Shown: positions 19,064 to 26,938 of the stretch, piece by piece
Layout: each line of letters starts with the position of its first letter
How positions within the stretch are numbered: the first letter of the stretch is position 1
Translations under genes and position numbers: made by a program
Assembly: GCA_963813065.1 (NCBI GenBank)
Contig: CAWEXP010000004.1
Location: 7,267-71,266 of the forward strand
From: Candidatus Kaiserbacteria bacterium
GTDB taxonomy: Bacteria > Patescibacteriota > Minisyncoccia > Phycocordibacterales > Phycocordibacteraceae
Direction: 5' to 3'
DNA length: 64,000 bases
Notes under the pieces: model-generated
Told to the model about the DNA's origin: nothing
Database searches by the model: none
Seen by the model: the letters and a program-made list of their open reading frames with translations, nothing else

Positions 19064-20703
19064 TTCGCCACCGCCTTTTTCAGCGAGGTCAAAAGTGTCT
19101 CTATCTCGCGCTGGTTCTTCTCTATCTCACCAATGATTTCCACGGGCGGCAAGAGCGCTTCACTCTCTGCGCTGTTGGGGTTCTTTGGCGAAATGTCCCA
19201 GCCACGTTCTCGGATGGTCTCCCCCGGGACAATCCACGAAGTATCCGAGACCTCGCGCTTCTTCCACTTCTCGAAGACCTCCTCCAAGTGCTCGTCCATC
19301 ACGTTTTTCTTCTTGGTGAACTTGCCCTGTACCTCGCCGTACCAGATTTCCTTTGTCGCACCGGTCTTCTCGAAGAAAACGAGGTTGGTTTTCACGCCCG
19401 CACCCATCTGCGCGAAAGTGCCCTGCGGAAGCGAGATGATTGCAGAGACGTTGAACTTCGTCAGGAGGTCTTCGCGTATGCGAGCCATGGCTCCGCCGCC
19501 GAAGAGGATGTTGCCTTCGGGAAGAATGACACCGCAACGTCCTCCGTTTTTGAGACGCTTCATTACGTATTGGAGCGCGAGACCTTCAGTTGCGCCCACT
19601 TGTATCGGGTAGTTGTTCTGTACCGTCTTCGGCTCTTCAGCGCCGAACGGAGGGTTGGTGAGGATGACATCGACCTTCTCACTCTCCGGCATGTTGTGCA
19701 CGTCCTCCATAAAGGTGTTCGTGCGCGTGATGTTCGGCACGAGGACGTGGTGGAGAATGAGGTTCATCGTGCCGATGAGGAATGGCAACGGCTTCTTCTC
19801 TTGACCATAGAGCGTTTTGGTTTGCAGCGTCTTCCATGCGCGGACATCCTTCGTGGAGTTCTCATAGATGTGATTGAAACTCTCAACGAGGAAGCCGCCG
19901 GAGCCAACGAACGGGTCGAGGACGGTCTCGCCCAACTGCGGGTTCACGATTTTGACCATCAGCCGGATGAGCGGGCGCGGCGAATAGAACTCGCCCGACC
20001 AGCCACCTTCGCTGCCCATCGCTTGCAGGATTTCTTCGTACACCTGCGAGAGCAGGTTGGTGTCTTGGAAGTGATGCTTCTCTATCTTGTCGAGTATCTC
20101 GATGACATCGAGCAGGTTGTGCGGCGAGCGGATGCGGTTGCCCGGCAGTTCGCGGAAAATCTCCCCGATTTTGTCGCGGCGCGGGTCGCCCTTCAGTGCT
20201 TGCAGGTACGGGAACAGTTTTTGATTTATGAAAAAAATGAGTTCGTCTTTGTCCTTCCAATCCTTCTTCGCCCACGCCGACCACTGATACTCGGCGTCGA
20301 TGACCGGCTGATACTTCCGTCCCTCCGCCTCTTCGAGTTCTTTCAGTTGCGCTTCGACGCCCTCAAACACTTTGAGGAAGAGGAGCCACGAGAACTGTTC
20401 GATGTAGTCCTTCGCACCGACGCCATCGTCGCGGCGGAGGATGTCGCAGACGTGTTTGATGTCCGCCTTCGTCAAACTCTCGCGCTTGCTCACCATCTCT
20501 TTCTCGATGCCACGCACGACCTCCGGCGCTTCGCCTTCAACAAACGCTTTGAGGGCACTCGCCGAGATGCGCCACGTACCGCCGACCTTCTTGGCTGCGA
20601 GTTTCTTATCGTGGATGTAGCGGAAGGCAGTGCGCTCGCTCACGTGGAGCAGGTCGGCTACCTCATCGAGCGCGTAGAGTCGGTCGGTCGTGGTTTCGTT
20701 CAT
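19060..20703 (-). CDS. hsdM: Type I R-M N6-adenine methyltransferase HsdM with an N-terminal Xis/MerR-like HTH fusion.
   Basis: TNPPFG motif. N-terminus ALDEVADLLHVSERTAFRYIHDKKLAAKKVGGTWRISASAL is HTH_17-like. Confidence 0.9.
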   Translation of the reverse strand: MNETTTDRLYALDEVADLLHVSERTAFRYIHDKKLAAKKVGGTWRISASALKAFVEGEAPEVVRGIEKEMVSKRESLTKADIKHVCDILRRDDGVGAKDYIEQFSWLLFLKVFEGVEAQLKELEEAEGRKYQPVIDAEYQWSAWAKKDWKDKDELIFFINQKLFPYLQALKGDPRRDKIGEIFRELPGNRIRSPHNLLDVIEILDKIEKHHFQDTNLLSQVYEEILQAMGSEGGWSGEFYSPRPLIRLMVKIVNPQLGETVLDPFVGSGGFLVESFNHIYENSTKDVRAWKTLQTKTLYGQEKKPLPFLIGTMNLILHHVLVPNITRTNTFMEDVHNMPESEKVDVILTNPPFGAEEPKTVQNNYPIQVGATEGLALQYVMKRLKNGGRCGVILPEGNILFGGGAMARIREDLLTKFNVSAIISLPQGTFAQMGAGVKTNLVFFEKTGATKEIWYGEVQGKFTKKKNVMDEHLEEVFEKWKKREVSDTSWIVPGETIRERGWDISPKNPNSAESEALLPPVEIIGEIEKNQREIETLLTSLKKAVAK

Positions 20704-20711
20704 GAAGCCAT

Positions 20712-20739
20712 CCTATACCCGCCCGCCCCGTTTGTCAAC
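20712..20739 (-). promoter_or_regulatory. Candidate sigma-70 promoter for hsdM (TTGACA, 16 nt spacer, TATAGG). The ATG is 8 nt downstream, so possibly leaderless.
   Basis: Reverse complement of tgtcaa at 20734-20739 and cctata at 20712-20717. Additional TTGACA-like boxes nearby. Confidence 0.3.
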
Positions 20740-20803
20740 ACTTGTCTTGTCTATAACTCTACTTGACACAACATGACATAGAGTCCTATTGGGTGCCCCA
20801 TCG

Positions 20804-21115
20804 TTAGAATACGGCTCCTTTACTTGATTTTATCATACCTCCGCACTTCGAGCACTGGTCTCCTGACTCCAAAAAAGACCCTATTTCGCCGCAACGGGGG
20901 CATTTCGTATCGTTTTCCATCATCTCGACTACCTGCCCGCAACCAGCACAGTACCGCTCGGAGGTGTATCGAGCGACATACTGCTCGTTTGCCTGTCCTA
21001 CAGGCACCTTGGCGAGGTTCGGCGGCGTATCCGGTTTCCACTCTGGCACGTCCTGCACGAGGCGCACACGGAAGTTGCAGGACAAGTTCTCGCAGCGGAG
21101 GATGAGCGAGTTCAT
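20804..21115 (-). CDS. Zinc-ribbon protein (103 aa), last gene of a 4-gene translationally coupled cassette.
   Basis: CAGCG...CPRCG...CSKCG. ATGA overlap with the upstream gene. Confidence 0.4.
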   Translation of the reverse strand: MNSLILRCENLSCNFRVRLVQDVPEWKPDTPPNLAKVPVGQANEQYVARYTSERYCAGCGQVVEMMENDTKCPRCGEIGSFLESGDQCSKCGGMIKSSKGAVF

Positions 21116-21447
21116 GGCTTCGACTCGTCTTCAATCGCCTTTCGTCCTTCCTTCACTTTGTCCTCAAAATCATGGCGTGCGAGCAGGTCGAAGAAGCCGA
21201 CCATGTCGTTGTCCACGATAGACGTATCAGCCGAGCCGCTCGGCTTTGCGACGAGCCGCTCGTGCTCCAAATCGTGTTCAAGTATCGTTGCGGTGCTACC
21301 GATGTCGTCCGACCCGGTGCGCTTCATAAGCGAGAGAAGCCACCCGGCAACGTACTCCCTGTTCTTCGCGGCTATGGGGTACAGATTTGGAAAGTCTCTC
21401 TCGGTAAGGTCGACGCCCAAGATGTTGATGGTCGCGTGCCGCGTCAT
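21112..21447 (-). CDS. Hypothetical protein (about 111 aa, start MTRHATIN).
   Basis: ATGA overlaps at both ends (21112-21115 and 21444-21447). The ORF-track N-terminal extension is R/S-rich and probably not translated. Confidence 0.35.
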   Translation of the reverse strand: MTRHATINILGVDLTERDFPNLYPIAAKNREYVAGWLLSLMKRTGSDDIGSTATILEHDLEHERLVAKPSGSADTSIVDNDMVGFFDLLARHDFEDKVKEGRKAIEDESKP

Positions 21448-21626
21448 GCGAGTCCGAGAAGATGCGTAATGAGCGCTATGAACACGACTGCGAGACCGAG
21501 AACGAGCACCGCTATGGCTGCTGGCACGAGACCGGCGAAGACCATCACGAGATGGTTGAACCAACTGGCGAGCGTCATGCGCTTGCCGTCGTCTTCCCAC
21601 ACCTCGTACCAGTGCTGCGTACTCAT
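21444..21626 (-). CDS. Small membrane protein (60 aa).
   Basis: One or two hydrophobic helices. ATGA coupled to both neighbours. Confidence 0.3.
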   Translation of the reverse strand: MSTQHWYEVWEDDGKRMTLASWFNHLVMVFAGLVPAAIAVLVLGLAVVFIALITHLLGLA

Positions 21627-22180
21627 GGCTTCATCTTCTGCGTTCGCCCCTTACCATCGACCACGAAGTCGGGGGCGTTCCTGTCGTTCCATCGCTCGAC
21701 CGTTCGCGCCTTTCGGATTGACCAGACGATGAGTGCGCCTCCGAGTAGGAAGATGAAAACACTCACACCATAGGATGCGTCCGTAGAGTTGGTCTTTATG
21801 ATGCCGAGTCCCATGAGCACGAAGACAAAGCCGAGCAGCCGTAAACTCTGTATCGTTTTCGTAGCATCCTCCATTCGCCGCTGCACATGCAATCGCTTTT
21901 CGGCTGGTGATTTCAACTCTTCGAGAACCGACGCCCGGCGTTGTCGATGAAGCGCGTATCTTACGAGAATGACGGAAGCGATAACCGAACCGAGTATGAA
22001 AACGAGTACCCACGGGTCAGTCCAGTGCCAGATGAGCGTAGAAAGCACGAGTGCTGCGGCGTAGCAGACAAGTGCGGTGTTGGAAAAAGGTTTTGGTAGT
22101 TTGAGTTCGCTTGGGCGCATGGGATTGCGCCGGGCGGTCGCAGAGAACCCGCCACGGGCTACGGCTTGCGCCGTACGCAT
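21623..22180 (-). CDS. Membrane protein with four predicted TM helices (start may be MRPSELKL at 22120).
   Basis: Two hydrophobic hairpins separated by a basic helical linker. First gene of the coupled cassette. Confidence 0.4.
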   Translation of the reverse strand: MRTAQAVARGGFSATARRNPMRPSELKLPKPFSNTALVCYAAALVLSTLIWHWTDPWVLVFILGSVIASVILVRYALHRQRRASVLEELKSPAEKRLHVQRRMEDATKTIQSLRLLGFVFVLMGLGIIKTNSTDASYGVSVFIFLLGGALIVWSIRKARTVERWNDRNAPDFVVDGKGRTQKMKP

Positions 22181-22368
22181 CAGTTTCCCAATGCGGCACG
22201 TAATGCGACCCCATGACGGGTTCTCTACGCATTACGTGTCTCCCGACCATGCCACCGTTACCGATGGTTTAGGTCGTCGCCCTTGCGGGCTATTCGTGTG
22301 TCTTCCCCTCACAAGAAGGGTTACTGATAAGTGTAGCGCATTTGCTACCAAGTGCTACCAAGTGTTCA

Positions 22369-22926
22369 TCACTCCTTACACTCGGCTTTCCTCTCCCGCT
22401 CGTACTGGTCTAGATAGGCGGAGAGCGATGGCGAAGAGAGAACACGGCTGGGCGTTTTTGCCATTGACTTCGAGTACCCGGCGGCAAGCAGCATGTCCCC
22501 GTAGTGCAACCATCTGCGACCATTATCCGATAAGATTTCTACGAGTCGGAGTTGCCGAGAATTGAGCGTCTGATGCCTTCCGGTTGGCAAGACAGCGCAT
22601 TCTTTTTCGCTTCCCACGTCCCCCTTATTTCCCTCATCTTCCGATGTGTTTCTGCTGCCCGTACCTTGGCTCATCGCGTCGCACCCGTTCCACCATCTTC
22701 CACCATCTTCCGATAAGTTTTCAGTGGAAAGAGAGGGTTGCGTCATTACCTCTTGGCTATCTGCTGGGGTAGCCACGTACCCCTCTTTTCCAGTACCTTC
22801 CGATGAGTTGATAGTATCCTTCTGTTCAATGTTCATACGTTTTTGTAACCTAGATAATAACGAAGCCCCGCCCACGCCTTTTCGACCCGTCTGCCGCTCT
22901 CCTTTCCCATGTGTGCAAGTTCTCAA
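22369..22926 (-). CDS. Phage terminase small-subunit-like HTH protein with a low-complexity SEG/SED-repeat N-terminal region.
   Basis: C-terminal LNSRQLRLVEIL...GDMLLAAGYSKSMAKTPSRVLSSP resembles the TerS P27 family AGYS..A motif. Repeated cttccgat and ccaccatctt DNA repeats. Confidence 0.3.
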   Translation of the reverse strand: MRTCTHGKGERQTGRKGVGGASLLSRLQKRMNIEQKDTINSSEGTGKEGYVATPADSQEVMTQPSLSTENLSEDGGRWWNGCDAMSQGTGSRNTSEDEGNKGDVGSEKECAVLPTGRHQTLNSRQLRLVEILSDNGRRWLHYGDMLLAAGYSKSMAKTPSRVLSSPSLSAYLDQYERERKAECKE

Positions 22927-23221
22927 TCTTCCATTCGAGTTCTACAGGGGTCGTGATGATAGGCGCATAGGGCTTCTTATTACTAACGGGTAGCAGCGCA
23001 ACGACTCGCTCCACTTCCGATGTCCCAAAGCGCCGCAAGACCCGCTCCATGGCGGCACGCTGGGACTTATTGGGGTAGAGACGCTTGTAACTTGGGTTTA
23101 CCGCCGCGAACCGCCCAACCATCTCGTTCACGAGAGCACCAATGCTTGTCGAGCGCCGTAAGCCCTCAAATAGCGAGATTTGGACTCGTACACTTCCCTC
23201 CGCTTTTCGCGCTCGTTCCAT
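22850..23221 (-). CDS. Hypothetical protein, possibly a phage or plasmid replication/regulatory remnant.
   Basis: ORF only. Overlaps the previous ORF frame, so the true start is uncertain. Confidence 0.25.
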   Translation of the reverse strand: MERARKAEGSVRVQISLFEGLRRSTSIGALVNEMVGRFAAVNPSYKRLYPNKSQRAAMERVLRRFGTSEVERVVALLPVSNKKPYAPIITTPVELEWKIENLHTWERRAADGSKRRGRGFVII

Positions 23222-23224
23222 AGG

Positions 23225-23449
23225 TCATTTGGCGGCTTCAGCGCCCGTATCAACAGTGGAGTATGAAAATCGTCTTGGAGCCGGGTTTTTGGCTCGTAGC
23301 GCTTTGGAAACTGTCCGGTAGTCCGGCGGCGGTAGTTGTATTACAAACTCAAACGGGATGCCTTTCGTTGTGCCATTTATTTCGTGGGCATGGTGTATAG
23401 AGTTCAGACCATGCCGATTCGTAACATGATTCAAACCTACCGCGCGCAA
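23225..23449 (-). CDS. Small hypothetical ORF (74 aa).
   Basis: ORF only. Adjacent to an AT-rich noncoding stretch. Confidence 0.2.
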   Translation of the reverse strand: MRAVGLNHVTNRHGLNSIHHAHEINGTTKGIPFEFVIQLPPPDYRTVSKALRAKNPAPRRFSYSTVDTGAEAAK

Positions 23450-23633
23450 GGATAAAAAGAAAGGTCGTTTTTGCCAAACAACCTGACATGCATGAATGAA
23501 TGTTGATTTGTTTGCCCAATTCCGATGTGTGGATAATGTTGAAATGTGTTGCTTTTGTGCTAACCTAAAGACAGGTCGGTTGGCTTAACGCCTAGCTACC
23601 CTCTCAGCGTATGGTAGGACCGCAAGGGACTGA

Positions 23634-23672
23634 CCACAAAAGCGCCTCATGATTTGTCATGGGGCTTTTTTG
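23634..23672. terminator. Bidirectional terminator hairpin (gcctcatga-tttg-tcatggggc) with flanking A/T runs, after the DUF3800 gene.
   Basis: 9 bp stem with one G-U pair. T6 on the plus strand. TTTTGTGG on the minus strand after the stop at 23647. Confidence 0.55.
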
Positions 23673-24537
23673 TAGCATCAGTACCCCACGGAACTTTCAC
23701 TGCATCGGGAACTTTTACCAAACCATATCCGGCAATCCGTCCTTTAACATTGTGATAAAAATTCTCTGTAATACGGGAGAAAAAAGAGTATTCAACTAAT
23801 GCGTTCCCTTCCGGCGATTCCCAGCTGTCGCCATGTTGTACGAACTGACGGAATATATTGTAAGCAACCGTATCGGCAAGCTGAAGAAAATTTGAATTGC
23901 ACGATTTTTCGAAACGTACACATGCGTGCGAATATTTCTTTTGGTATGAACCGAGATTGAGATCTCTTTTAGAAATCCTCAGGAGCGTACCATGATCGTG
24001 TTTCTGAGACTTGATACTTTCCTCCATTTGGTCAAAAACAATCTCGGCACCACTATTTGGATGTAGTTCGACCCGATCGAACAAGACCTGTGCCAACTCT
24101 TGAAATGGCGTTACCTTCGTTCTTTTCGCGTTATAGAACCGTTTATCAATGATAAACGCTTGAATCTGAATACTCTCACGATTTTTCTCAAACAGACTAT
24201 ACCAAGCATTCTCAACAAACCGTTTAAGGGTCTCTTCGGTAATGGCAAATGGTTCAAGATATTTCTTACGCCGTTTTATCGGAATGCGTAGCCACTCTGA
24301 TTTTATCTCGACGTGTTTTGTACCAAAGTACTCATGTTTCAAAGCGTCTATTTCCGGATTTATTCGGGCAACAGCCTCAGTTGATACATATATGCCAGCA
24401 AGCACGAAGTAATTTCCACGCCAAAATTTTATGTTTTCGTTGATGCGAGCTGGTGGTTTCAATATGAACTCATGGGCATAAGGAGTTTCCCAATCTTTAG
24501 AGCCACTATCATCAACAAAGAAGAACGGTTTGTCCAT
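23647..24537 (-). CDS. DUF3800-family protein (defense-island associated), in a distinctly AT-rich segment.
   Basis: N-terminal FFVDDSG and C-terminal FLQLADTVAYNIFRQF match the DUF3800 signature. GC clearly lower than the flanks. Confidence 0.65.
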   Translation of the reverse strand: MDKPFFFVDDSGSKDWETPYAHEFILKPPARINENIKFWRGNYFVLAGIYVSTEAVARINPEIDALKHEYFGTKHVEIKSEWLRIPIKRRKKYLEPFAITEETLKRFVENAWYSLFEKNRESIQIQAFIIDKRFYNAKRTKVTPFQELAQVLFDRVELHPNSGAEIVFDQMEESIKSQKHDHGTLLRISKRDLNLGSYQKKYSHACVRFEKSCNSNFLQLADTVAYNIFRQFVQHGDSWESPEGNALVEYSFFSRITENFYHNVKGRIAGYGLVKVPDAVKVPWGTDATKKPHDKS

Positions 24538-24554
24538 ACTTCAAGTTGGCCTTT

Positions 24555-25058
24555 CTAATTCTGAGGAAACGCACGGAAACGGATGTACCAAAAGAGTGCG
24601 AGGAGGAGTGCGGTCGCGAGGATGTAGAGTGCGACCGCGGAGCCGAGGGCGATGGCCGGTACCTGGCCGAGCGCGAGGAGCGCGAGGAACCACCATGCGG
24701 AGAAGATGCCCGCCGAGCCGAGCGCGAAGGCGATTCGCTTTTTCGAGAGCAGCCACGAGAGGAGGATGATGAGGAACGCGAGCGCCGTCTGGATCCAGTA
24801 CGCACTCTGGAGCGCCGGTGCGGGCACGACCTGACTCGTGTATGCACTAATCACGAGCCCGAGCGACGCGAGCAAGAGGAGCGACATGCCCCAGCGGAGC
24901 CCGTGCGCGATGTTGCGCAGATGTGCGCGCTCGGCCGTGTCGATGACGCCATCGCGCGCCGCGCGGAAGTACGCGATCTCGGCCCATACCGCGTAGCCCG
25001 CGCCGATGACGGCGCCGAGTGCCTGGATTGCGACGAGTACGGCAGTGAGGGTCGTCAT
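24555..25058 (-). CDS. Hypothetical 4-TM membrane protein.
   Basis: 167 aa of alternating hydrophobic helices. Confidence 0.45.
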   Translation of the reverse strand: MTTLTAVLVAIQALGAVIGAGYAVWAEIAYFRAARDGVIDTAERAHLRNIAHGLRWGMSLLLLASLGLVISAYTSQVVPAPALQSAYWIQTALAFLIILLSWLLSKKRIAFALGSAGIFSAWWFLALLALGQVPAIALGSAVALYILATALLLALFWYIRFRAFPQN

Positions 25059-25060
25059 AG

Positions 25061-25291
25061 TTAGCGTTGCAAGAGCGGTGCGAGCTCGGCGCGATATTTT
25101 TTCATCACCTCCATTGCGGCTCGAGTCTCGCTCTCGCCACCCTTTTTTCGGCGTTCGATCTCCTCGCCGATTTTTTTAAATAGTTCTGGATTCTTGCTCA
25201 CAAGCGTCGTCATCATCTCCCGCTGGCCTGCGGGCAAATCTTTCAACTTCCAGTTCGCGTATTGGCGGATGAGGAAACTCTGGACAGACAT
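25061..25291 (-). CDS. Small hypothetical protein (about 76 aa, start MSVQSFLIRQ).
   Basis: The ORF-track upstream extension is Cys/Ser-rich and overlaps the speH 3' end. Confidence 0.3.
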   Translation of the reverse strand: MSVQSFLIRQYANWKLKDLPAGQREMMTTLVSKNPELFKKIGEEIERRKKGGESETRAAMEVMKKYRAELAPLLQR

Positions 25292-25319
25292 GTGGGCAGT
25301 ATACCACCGCGCGGGCGCG

Positions 25320-25771
25320 CTAGTTTTTGTGCAGATCGAGCCGCACGGGCACGCCGAGCACGGGCTTCCTTGAATGAAAAAACTTTTGGACTGAAACAAA
25401 AAAAGCGAGGACCTGCTTGTCGTGATTCGCGTGGATATTGCAGAGGTGCGTGTTGACGATGGCCGAGCCGTACTCGGGCCAGGTGTGGATGTCGATGGCG
25501 CTTTCGCCGATCCAGGCGAGATAGGTGTAGCCGTGCTGTTCCTCGTCGCTATAGCGCTCGACCGAGGAGCCGAAGAGGGTCAGGCCAGCGCCCCGCACGA
25601 GGTCGTCGATCTTGGTCCGCATCTTGGCCAAGTGGTCGGGAGTGCCGACAATGAGGCGATCTGCTTTCTTGCAATGGTAAAAGGCGGCGGGTTGGATTAC
25701 GCTTTGCGGCGGCTCGTCGAGTTCTGCGAGGTCATGTAAATCTTTTTCTTCCACGCGCGCAGTATGCGGCA
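25320..25771 (-). CDS. speH: S-adenosylmethionine decarboxylase proenzyme (pyruvoyl-dependent, SpeH type).
   Basis: ESAIDIHTWPEYGSAIVNTHLC matches the SpeH ES|HISIHTWPE processing motif. Start chosen at MPHTARVEEKDL. Confidence 0.65.
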
Positions 25772-25868
25772 TTGTGCGCAGGATGCAAGACCTGCGAGGC
25801 CAAAATCCAAAAAACTGTGGATAAACCCGCACACCAAATGTTGGTGTGCGGGTAACTGCACAACCCCC

Positions 25869-25895
25869 TTGACCCAATCCCCACGGGTGTATAAT
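25869..25895 (+). promoter_or_regulatory. Promoter of the SWIB gene (TTGACC, 15 nt spacer, TGTATAAT extended -10).
   Basis: ttgacc at 25869-25874. tgtataat at 25888-25895. About 38 nt leader to ATG at 25934. Confidence 0.5.
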
Positions 25896-25933
25896 GCCCG
25901 GGTCTCTGACACTAATCAAAATTAACTTTCACT

Positions 25934-26194
25934 ATGGCAACAAAGAAAGCAAATCCCGCGTTCATGAAGCCCCACAATCTCTCGCCTGAACTCGAGGCAG
26001 TCGTTGGCAAGGGCCCGCTCTCACGCCCGGAGATTACCAGCAAGCTCTGGGAGTACATCAAGGCACACGATCTCCAGAACCCGAAGAACAAGCGTAACGT
26101 CCTCGCGGATGCCAAGCTCGAAGCCGTCTTCGGCAAGAAGGAAGCGACGATGTTCGAAATGGCCGGGTTCGTCTCCAAGCACCTGCTCGACTAA
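25934..26194 (+). CDS. SWIB/MDM2-domain protein.
   Basis: PELEAVVGKGPLSRPEITSKLWEYIKAHDLQNPKNKRNV...MFEMAGFVSKHL is the canonical SWIB domain. Confidence 0.8.
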   Translation: MATKKANPAFMKPHNLSPELEAVVGKGPLSRPEITSKLWEYIKAHDLQNPKNKRNVLADAKLEAVFGKKEATMFEMAGFVSKHLLD

Positions 26195-26212
26195 TCCTTA
26201 CTCATTCAAAAC

Positions 26213-26245
26213 AAAAACCGCCCAAGGGCGGTTTTTGTTTTTGTG
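26213..26245 (+). terminator. Rho-independent terminator (aaaaccgccc-aag-ggcggttttt).
   Basis: Perfect stem then TTTTTGTTTTTG. Confidence 0.75.
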
Positions 26246-26273
26246 CTTGCACTACGTAGCTTTAGCGAAGTAG

Positions 26274-26346
26274 TGGACCCTGGGGGATTCGAACCCCCTA
26301 CCTCTGCAATGCCATCGCAGCGCTCTACCAAGTGAGCTAAGGGCCC
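26274..26346 (-). tRNA. tRNA-Ala (anticodon GGC).
   Basis: Manual cloverleaf. Acceptor GGGCCCT/AGGGTCC with G3:U70. Anticodon loop ATGGCAT. T loop TTCGAAT. Confidence 0.8.
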
Positions 26347-26360
26347 TGAACAAAAAGATA

Positions 26361-26924
26361 TTACCCCGCCAAAAGATAAAACGCGAGGGCAATGCTCACT
26401 GCCGCCCACGCGAGGCCGCCGAGAATGTCGAGGAGTTCGTGTTGGCGGACAAAGACCGTCGAAACCGCGATGCAGAGCGCAATCGCCCAGATAAGGATGG
26501 CGAACGGCGGGAACGCGAGCGCGAGGAAATAGCCCGAGATAATCGAGAGATAGACGTGCGAGCTGGGGAACGCGTTTGCGAACCCTTCGTGGTGATAAAT
26601 CTCCTTCAAGACGCGGCGCAATTTCCCCTGTCCGACATTGAAGGGGTGCCGGAAACCCGTCGGGAAGAGATACCAGAAGAGCGCGGCAGAAAAGGAAGCG
26701 ATGGCTATCGAGGTATAAAACATGCTAGCGACGGGCGAGAAGAAGAGCGTCACGAACGCAAAAATGACGAAGGGAAAGAGGCTGACATACGGCACAACGA
26801 AGAGCGGCACAAGCGGTACGCGCCTATCCCACGCCGTCTTCCAGTAGTGTCGCGCATGGCGGCGGTTCAACGGGCCCCAGAGCGAGATACCAAAGAGCGC
26901 GACGACCAGCAAGAGCAGAGTCAT
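26361..26924 (-). CDS. PAP2-family membrane phosphatase (undecaprenyl-diphosphatase-like); leaderless start MTLLLL.
   Basis: PSSH and VRQHELLDILGG PAP2 motifs. ATG at 26924 lies 6 nt after TATAAT. Confidence 0.65.
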   Translation of the reverse strand: MTLLLLVVALFGISLWGPLNRRHARHYWKTAWDRRVPLVPLFVVPYVSLFPFVIFAFVTLFFSPVASMFYTSIAIASFSAALFWYLFPTGFRHPFNVGQGKLRRVLKEIYHHEGFANAFPSSHVYLSIISGYFLALAFPPFAILIWAIALCIAVSTVFVRQHELLDILGGLAWAAVSIALAFYLLAG

Positions 26925-26928
26925 GAGC

Positions 26929-26938
26929 GGATTATACC
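26929..26938 (-). promoter_or_regulatory. Extended -10 TGGTATAATCCGCTC for a leaderless PAP2 mRNA. The aminotransferase stop TAA lies inside the TATAAT.
   Basis: Reverse complement of gagcggattatacc at 26925-26938. Confidence 0.45.

Larger units (their letters stand above)
7255..24545. mobile_element. Putative integrated defense island/degenerate integrative element. Contents: recombinase pseudogene, xis, an unknown cassette, GmrSD-like, rmuC, hsdRSM, a coupled 4-gene cassette, phage-like remnants, DUF3800.
   Basis: Serine recombinase plus Xis at the left edge abutting ychF. Co-directional tightly packed genes. Defense-gene content. AT-rich DUF3800 at the right edge. Exact att sites not identified. 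Confidence 0.45.
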
